From contig JAUVXW010000005.1 in assembly GCA_030603385.1 (NCBI GenBank), forward strand, positions 32,001 to 96,000: DNA of 64,000 nt. The letters are read 5' to 3'. The first letter of the stretch is position 1, and each line of letters begins with the position of its first letter. Source of the stretch: Promethearchaeota archaeon (GTDB lineage: Archaea; Asgardarchaeota; Lokiarchaeia; Sigyniarchaeales; SOKP01). Below the pieces are notes generated by a model. That model ran no database searches. It worked only from the letters and a program-made list of their open reading frames with translations, and was not told where the DNA came from. This document shows, piece after piece, positions 58,692-64,000 of the stretch. The position numbers and the translations under genes were made by a program.

Positions 58692-59863
58692 TATTTTACC
58701 ACCTCCCTTATCTTTTCTAAAATATCGTTTGGATGGTGAAAATCACAAACCTTTGGGATCCGTATGATCGGTGTTTCTAATTTAGTTACTCTTTCGACTT
58801 GTTCAGCAATGATCCCTGTATAATTTAGTTCAGGCACAATTACAGCTTTGGCATCCTTAACTACTTTTTTTACTTTTTCATCTGGAAATGGCCATACTGT
58901 TATAAGCCTAAAAATTCCTACTTTAATTCCTTCCTTACGTGCTATATCAACAGCCCGATAACTTGTTCTTACAGGTAATCCATAAGAAATGATGACTATC
59001 TCAGCATCTTCTAATTTATATTCTTCAGTAAGAGAAATTTTATCCATATTTGATTTAATTTTATCAATTAACATCTGAGTAAAGGGTAATGCCAATCTGC
59101 GGGAAGACATTCCATTAGGGTTATGAGCTTGATGAAGAAACATTAGTGGAACATAATCAGTACCCATGATTGGTGCTTTAGGAGTTATATATTTGTTTGT
59201 AGTTGGATCCATATATGTAAATTTGTTTTCAAAATTATTAGGCAGTTCACGTGGAATAACTTTCTTCATAATTTCTTCTTTTGGTGGGATATAAATTGCT
59301 TCATGAAGGTGTCCCAAGTAAGCGTCGGAGATAATGAAGACAGGACAACGATAAGTTTCAGCAAAATTAAATGCTGTAATTGTTAAATCAAAAAGTTCTT
59401 GACAGTTCATTGGTGCTAATGCTATAACTCCAAATTCACCATTACCAGCAAAGCGCATTAATCCCAAATCATTATGGTGTGGTTCAGTTACAAAACCTGT
59501 ACCTGGACCGTTCCTTTGAACATCACAAAATACAAAGGGGATCTCTAGACAAGCTGCCATACTTATTGTTTCCACCATCAAGGAAAAACCTGGACCTGAT
59601 GTCGCGGTCATTGATTTTGCTCCAACAAGAGAAGCACCCATAATAGCATTAATCGAGGCTAATTCATCCTCCATTTGCATACAAACTCCACCAACCTCAG
59701 GCATTCTTTTAGCTAAATGCTCAATAACCTCTGTGCTTGGAGTAATTGGATAACCCCCAAAGAATTCGAGACCCGCAGCTAAAGCACCTTCTGACATTGC
59801 TACATTACCCATCATTACATATTTACCTTCCGGTAAAAATCTTTTATTATTTTCTTTACTCAT
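58691..59863 (-). CDS. korA: 2-oxoacid:ferredoxin oxidoreductase alpha subunit
   Basis: GYPITPSTE, QMEDE, TSGPG, DVQR.GPGTG. Start placed at ATG 59863 (MSKENNKR), preceded by AAGGAGGT. Confidence 0.92.
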   Translation of the reverse strand: MSKENNKRFLPEGKYVMMGNVAMSEGALAAGLEFFGGYPITPSTEVIEHLAKRMPEVGGVCMQMEDELASINAIMGASLVGAKSMTATSGPGFSLMVETISMAACLEIPFVFCDVQRNGPGTGFVTEPHHNDLGLMRFAGNGEFGVIALAPMNCQELFDLTITAFNFAETYRCPVFIISDAYLGHLHEAIYIPPKEEIMKKVIPRELPNNFENKFTYMDPTTNKYITPKAPIMGTDYVPLMFLHQAHNPNGMSSRRLALPFTQMLIDKIKSNMDKISLTEEYKLEDAEIVIISYGLPVRTSYRAVDIARKEGIKVGIFRLITVWPFPDEKVKKVVKDAKAVIVPELNYTGIIAEQVERVTKLETPIIRIPKVCDFHHPNDILEKIREVVK

Positions 59864-59870
59864 TATATTT

Positions 59871-59878
59871 ACCTCCTT
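59871..59878 (-). promoter_or_regulatory. Shine-Dalgarno-like site upstream of korA
   Basis: AAGGAGGT 7 nt upstream of ATG 59863. Confidence 0.55.
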
Positions 59879-60149
59879 AAGTTTTAGCTTTCTCACTAGA
59901 CGTCTCTTTTTCGTCTAAAACATAGATACACCAGTCTGGACATAAATACTCACAACGTCTGCATCCAGTGCAATATTTTTCCTTACCTTCCTTTACTTTT
60001 GGGATATATGCAATCCTGTAATTTAATTCATCACTCATTTCTAAAATACCAGTGGGGCATATGGCGATACACGCTCTACAACCACCACATCTACCCTTAT
60101 TTAAAAATAATGAAAACTTATTTTCTTTATTCTCGATTAATTTCGGAAT
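59877..60149 (-). CDS. korD: 2-oxoacid:ferredoxin oxidoreductase delta subunit (2x[4Fe-4S] ferredoxin); apparent ATT start
   Basis: Not in the ORF track. Manual translation (I)PKLIENKENKFSLFLNKGRCGGCRACIAICPTGILEMSDELNYRIAYIPKVKEGKEKYCTGCRRCEYLCPDWCIYV...; in-frame TAG at 60153-60155 and no ATG/GTG/TTG before the first CxxCxxCxxxCP. Confidence 0.85.
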   Translation of the reverse strand: MPKLIENKENKFSLFLNKGRCGGCRACIAICPTGILEMSDELNYRIAYIPKVKEGKEKYCTGCRRCEYLCPDWCIYVLDEKETSSEKAKT

Positions 60150-60313
60150 ATTCTATCAACTTCCTATTTTTTCAATTATAATTAGAAAATATTCTAATAA
60201 TTATAAATCTCAATCAATTTTGTATTAAGTTTTTCTTTAATATCGCAAATAATATAAAAAGACAAATAAGTTTATTTATAATATTTGAATTTATTGATAA
60301 AGGACTTAATAAT

Positions 60314-61030
60314 ATGCCTCTTAAACCAATGGAACCTTTAGGGTTAGCTCTAAAAGAATTCTATGAAGGAAATAAACAGGCTAAAGTAATTTTCCATAGA
60401 GATGATGGGTTAAGAGATAATCACTATGTTTTTCATTATTTTCACACTGAAAAAGAATTTTCTTTAATAGAAAAATAAGCAATTGCATTATGTCGTGGAA
60501 AGGTTTTAGATATTGGGGCAGGTGTAGGCCCTCATAGCCTCGAACTTCAAAAAAGGGGATTAGAAGTATATGCCATTGATATTTCTCTCAACGCATGTGA
60601 AATTATGAAAAAGATAGGTATTAAAAATGTTAGATGCTTGATAGTTTATGATTTAGATGAAAGAAATTTTAACACGATATTATTAATGGGAAGGGCTATT
60701 GGATTTGTTGAGGATTTATTAGGATTAAAGAAATTTTTGAACTTCTGTAAGAGTTTACTAACCCCAGATGGATATATCTTATTGGATTCATTAGATGTAC
60801 GATCAACCACAGTTCCAGAACATTTAGTATATCAAGAGAGAAATCAAAAATTAGGACGTTATATCGGAGTAATAGGGCTTCAAATGGAATATAAAGGTAA
60901 GTTAGGGGAAAAATTCAAACTCTTACATGTTGATCCTCAAACATTAAAAGAGTTTGCTAAAGAAACGGGTTGGTCATGTGAAATTTTGAATAATGAAAAT
61001 GGAAATTATTTAGCTAAAATCTTCAAATAA
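60314..61030 (+). pseudogene. Class I SAM-dependent methyltransferase with in-frame TAA at 60476-60478
   Basis: ATG 60314 (MPLKPMEPLGLAL...) reads ...SLIEK*AIALCRGKVLDIGAGVGPHSL... in frame with the 60605 ORF. Confidence 0.75.
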
Positions 61031-61035
61031 CTTCT

Positions 61036-61557
61036 TTATTTCTTTAATTCTTCAATGATTTGTTTTTCTAGACCTCCAGCTTTAAGAAGATTTAAAAGAA
61101 TTGGGTGAACTTTTGTTCCTTTGAATTTTTTACCAGTAGTTAAGTTTGAGGCTTCCGCATTAGGAATATTAATTTCAATTTCGTCTCCCGTCTTGAATTC
61201 CTTAGAAATATCATTAATTTCCAATAGAGGGAGAGCGAGAGCAAATGAGGATCGATAAAAAATCCTGGCAAACGATTCCGCTATTATAGCAACAATTCCT
61301 TTTTGTTGAAGAATTGAGGGTGCTGTTTCTCGACTTGAGCCACAACCAAAATTTCTACCTGCTACAATGATATCACCATCTTGCACTTTATATGCAAAAT
61401 CCTTGTTGATCGTTTCACAAGTATGTTTTGCCATTTCTTTTGGATCATTTATATATTGACTAGGTGAAATGGCATCAGTATCAACATTATCAGGAAAAAC
61501 CCAAACTTTTCCTTTTAAAACATCGCTATATTTTTTATCTTTTCGTGAAATTTTCAA
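61036..61557 (-). CDS. leuD: 3-isopropylmalate dehydratase/homoaconitase family small subunit
   Basis: 'NVDTDAISP', 'AGRNFGCGSSRE', 'AESFARIFYR', 'AGGL'; substrate not certain. Confidence 0.85.
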   Translation of the reverse strand: MKISRKDKKYSDVLKGKVWVFPDNVDTDAISPSQYINDPKEMAKHTCETINKDFAYKVQDGDIIVAGRNFGCGSSRETAPSILQQKGIVAIIAESFARIFYRSSFALALPLLEINDISKEFKTGDEIEINIPNAEASNLTTGKKFKGTKVHPILLNLLKAGGLEKQIIEELKK

Positions 61558-61564
61558 TCACCTT

Positions 61565-62833
61565 TTAAAAATCTCTTGGATCTGTTATCTCTCCTTTTAA
61601 TGCAGAAGCAGCTACGGTTGCTGGCGATCCTAAATAAACTTTTGAATTAATACTTCCCATTCGACCCTGAAAATTTCTATTTGAGCTAGATATACATGTT
61701 TCACCCGGAGCAAGAATTCCTCCTTGACCTCCAAAACAAGCACCACAACTAGGATTTGTAATAATTGCTCCTGCATTTATTAAAATTTTAAAAATGCCCG
61801 ATTTTGATGCTTCTAACCAAATCCTTTTTGAAGCGGGTGTTACAATCAATCGAACATCTCTATGAATTTCTTCTCCCTCTAATATCTTTGCAGCTATTTC
61901 CAAGTCTTCATACCTTCCATTTGTACAAGATCCTAGAAATGCTTGGTTAATTTTTGTACCTTCTACATCAGAAACAGTTTTTACATTATCTATTGTATGT
62001 GGGCAAGAAACTTGAGGCTCTAAATCGTTAACTTCCATTTCATAAATCTTTTCATATATCGCATCATAACCAGGTTTTACTAACTTGAAGGGTTCTTTAG
62101 TTCTCTCTTTAATCCAATGAACCACTTTCTGATCAGGAACTCCAAATGCAAATTTTGCTCCTAATTCTAAGGCAAAATTAGACATTGTCATTCTTGAGGC
62201 AATACTTAATTTTTCCATAGTTTTTCCAGTAAATTCTATTGACTTATAACTAGCAACTTCAGCCGTATAATCTCCAGCAATTTTGATGATAATATCTTTA
62301 CTCATCACATTATGAGGAAGATTGCCAGAGATATTGAATTTTATAGTATGGGGTATCTTAAACCATAATTCTCCCTTCAAGTATGCATAAAAAAGATCAG
62401 TATTCCCAACACCACAACTTGCTGCATTGAAAGCCCCATATGTTGTTGTATGGCTATCTCCTCCTACTATTAGCATACCTGGTCTGACATGACCTTTTTC
62501 AGGTAGAACTTGATGACAAATACCTTCTCTAATATCATAAAAATTAGCTATTCCTTGCTTCTTTACAAATTTTCGAATCAAATCATGAATAGCAGCCCAT
62601 CTTTCGGTTGGAGCGGGATTATAGTGGTCAAATAATATTACAATTTTATTTGGATCAAATACCTTTCTTTTCTTCAAGGGTTTAATTTTGTTAAAATCTA
62701 AAGAAACCTTTGCTGTACCAAAATGGCTCATAATCAGATCGATTTTTGCATTTATAATGTCCCCCGGTTTGATGTTATTTTCTGAAAGATTATGTGCTAA
62801 TAAAATTTTTTCTGCAATTGTTTTTCCAATCAT
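61565..62833 (-). CDS. leuC: 3-isopropylmalate dehydratase/homoaconitase family large subunit
   Basis: 'GICHQ', 'GGDSHTTTYGA', 'GSCTNGR', 'CGACFG', 'NRNFQGRMG'; substrate not certain. Confidence 0.88.
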   Translation of the reverse strand: MIGKTIAEKILLAHNLSENNIKPGDIINAKIDLIMSHFGTAKVSLDFNKIKPLKKRKVFDPNKIVILFDHYNPAPTERWAAIHDLIRKFVKKQGIANFYDIREGICHQVLPEKGHVRPGMLIVGGDSHTTTYGAFNAASCGVGNTDLFYAYLKGELWFKIPHTIKFNISGNLPHNVMSKDIIIKIAGDYTAEVASYKSIEFTGKTMEKLSIASRMTMSNFALELGAKFAFGVPDQKVVHWIKERTKEPFKLVKPGYDAIYEKIYEMEVNDLEPQVSCPHTIDNVKTVSDVEGTKINQAFLGSCTNGRYEDLEIAAKILEGEEIHRDVRLIVTPASKRIWLEASKSGIFKILINAGAIITNPSCGACFGGQGGILAPGETCISSSNRNFQGRMGSINSKVYLGSPATVAASALKGEITDPRDF

Positions 62834-62920
62834 TTAATAACATCTAATAAGAATTGTATAAAATTAATTATTCCACAAAATAAATAAAATGCAATTTTTC
62901 ATATATTTCTCCAAAATGAT

Positions 62921-64000
62921 TTATTTTACATACGTTGAAGCGATTTTATCTAACTCGTTCTGAAGTGATACTTCAATAGGTTTTACAGGAGGCTTATCAA
63001 GTAATTTAGTAGCTTCCTCTTTTGCCCTTTTTCTCGCTGATTTGGATCCCTGTTTTCTCCATGAATCCCGAGTCATTCTGTCTATTATTGGGCTTGGAAG
63101 AAACAGTTCTTTTCTAAAATATTTCAAAGTAGATGGGTGAGAAAGTAATTCTTCTTTATCTTCATAATCTTTTAAAATTTCTGAAGCAAATGGTGTCCCA
63201 TAATCCTCAATTCCCTTAATAAACCTTTGTACCATACCCACTATTTCATTATCAATTATTAATTTTTCTATACTTTGAGTAGATTCGAAGTCAAGCATTC
63301 CTGGACCTGAAATCATATTAATCCCTGCGAGACCCCCAAGCAAAGCACCCATTCCTGCTTCAAAGCCAGCCTGACAATCAGGAATTTTAGAGTCACTGAG
63401 CGACATATAAGCGTGTGTTGGTAATTTTAAGAATTTGCCCATTTCAACATCTCCAAGATTAATCATCATTGTTTCAATAGCACCCATTGGAGTTGTCCCA
63501 TATTTCATATCAAATACAGCAGGAGAACCACCCCAAATTAATGGAGCTCCTTCCTTTGCTAATTGAACAATTACTACTCCTGCAAGGCATTCAGCACAAT
63601 GTTGAGTAATAGAGCCAATCAGAGTAATTGGAGCACTCGCTCCCGCTAATGGCATTGACACAAATTCAGAAGGTATCATGCTTTTTGCAGCATCAATTAG
63701 TGATTGTGTAGTTAGATCAGACCATTTTAACGGTGGACTGGGACAAGCATCAAATATAGCTAATGGTTTTCGAGCTAAATCATCTTCCGAGGTTCTACAT
63801 GCTAATAAGATCTCTTTCATAATAGAAAAACTTTCTTTTCTAAATGTCCCGGTCACTATTGGTTTATAACAATTGGATAATGCTAAATATAAACGATGCC
63901 AATCTTGAGCATTATTCGGAACATCTTGATAGATCAATGCTGTGCTTTGAGCATCAATATATTTTAATTGTTCAACAACCTTAGAAAATCGAATAAAATC
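62921..64000 (-). CDS. mttB: Trimethylamine methyltransferase (MttB) superfamily protein, non-pyrrolysine; N-terminus outside window
   Basis: Frame open to base 64000; 'SPPLKW', 'GASAPITLIG', 'DMKYG', 'LSDSKIPDCQAGFE', 'GMLD', 'DNE'. Confidence 0.88.
   Translation of the reverse strand, partial: DFIRFSKVVEQLKYIDAQSTALIYQDVPNNAQDWHRLYLALSNCYKPIVTGTFRKESFSIMKEILLACRTSEDDLARKPLAIFDACPSPPLKWSDLTTQSLIDAAKSMIPSEFVSMPLAGASAPITLIGSITQHCAECLAGVVIVQLAKEGAPLIWGGSPAVFDMKYGTTPMGAIETMMINLGDVEMGKFLKLPTHAYMSLSDSKIPDCQAGFEAGMGALLGGLAGINMISGPGMLDFESTQSIEKLIIDNEIVGMVQRFIKGIEDYGTPFASEILKDYEDKEELLSHPSTLKYFRKELFLPSPIIDRMTRDSWRKQGSKSARKRAKEEATKLLDKPPVKPIEVSLQNELDKIASTYVK

Noticed and set aside
4359-60149. Selenocysteine or pyrrolysine recoding in the Fe-S, FrhB and KOR genes
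   Set aside because: No in-frame TGA or TAG at catalytic positions was seen; the interruptions found are TAA.
2978-63869. About 50 short ORFs in the track that overlap longer genes (e.g. 2978..3358, 4555..4851, 6004..6336, 20387..20674, 27629..27934, 47050..47370, 57832..58137, 59999..60181)
   Set aside because: Antisense or alternate-frame shadows of well-supported genes, with no recognisable motifs; 59999..60181 is antisense to korD.
1-64000. CRISPR array, rRNA, prophage or integrase at the tRNA
   Set aside because: No regularly spaced repeats, rRNA-like GC-rich tracts, integrase, or duplicated tRNA 3' end (att site) were seen.

Overview
AT-rich (roughly 30% GC by eye), gene-dense archaeal chromosome segment. 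It most likely comes from an Asgard archaeon of the Lokiarchaeia. Support: a Rag-like and a longin-fused Arf-like GTPase, longin/uDENN proteins, an IPGF-TM-basic C-terminal sorting signal, Ftr, F420-related enzymes, an intron-containing tRNA and poly-T terminators. Most of the window is anaerobic housekeeping or catabolic metabolism: two FAD-oxidoreductase/CCG Fe-S pairs, acyl-CoA ligases, a four-subunit 2-oxoacid:ferredoxin oxidoreductase, a LeuC/D-like dehydratase, a non-pyrrolysine MttB, ABC exporters and hydrolases. The stand-out locus is 18.8-25.3 kb. A Rag/Gtr-type GTPase and a longin-Arf-like GTPase lie convergent on a kinase-less uDENN/longin-PAS-GAF-PAS protein. Its longin domain carries an 'ARG' motif at the position of the catalytic arginine finger of the eukaryotic GAPs FLCN and SMCR8, and a second, arginine-less longin protein lies nearby. 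This is a candidate sensor-controlled GAP/GTPase module. Other notable items: an FrhB-PyrK fusion at the end of the kor operon, an ABC-permease/CAAX-protease fusion, a C13 (legumain/Gpi8-like) peptidase beside a C-terminally anchored surface protein, a tRNA-His with introns at 15/16 and 37/38, a complete IS with 16-bp TIRs and a TTA duplication, two genes that appear to need ATT starts, and several genes interrupted by a single TAA or a homopolymer frameshift. All family assignments come from motif recognition by eye; no database search was run.
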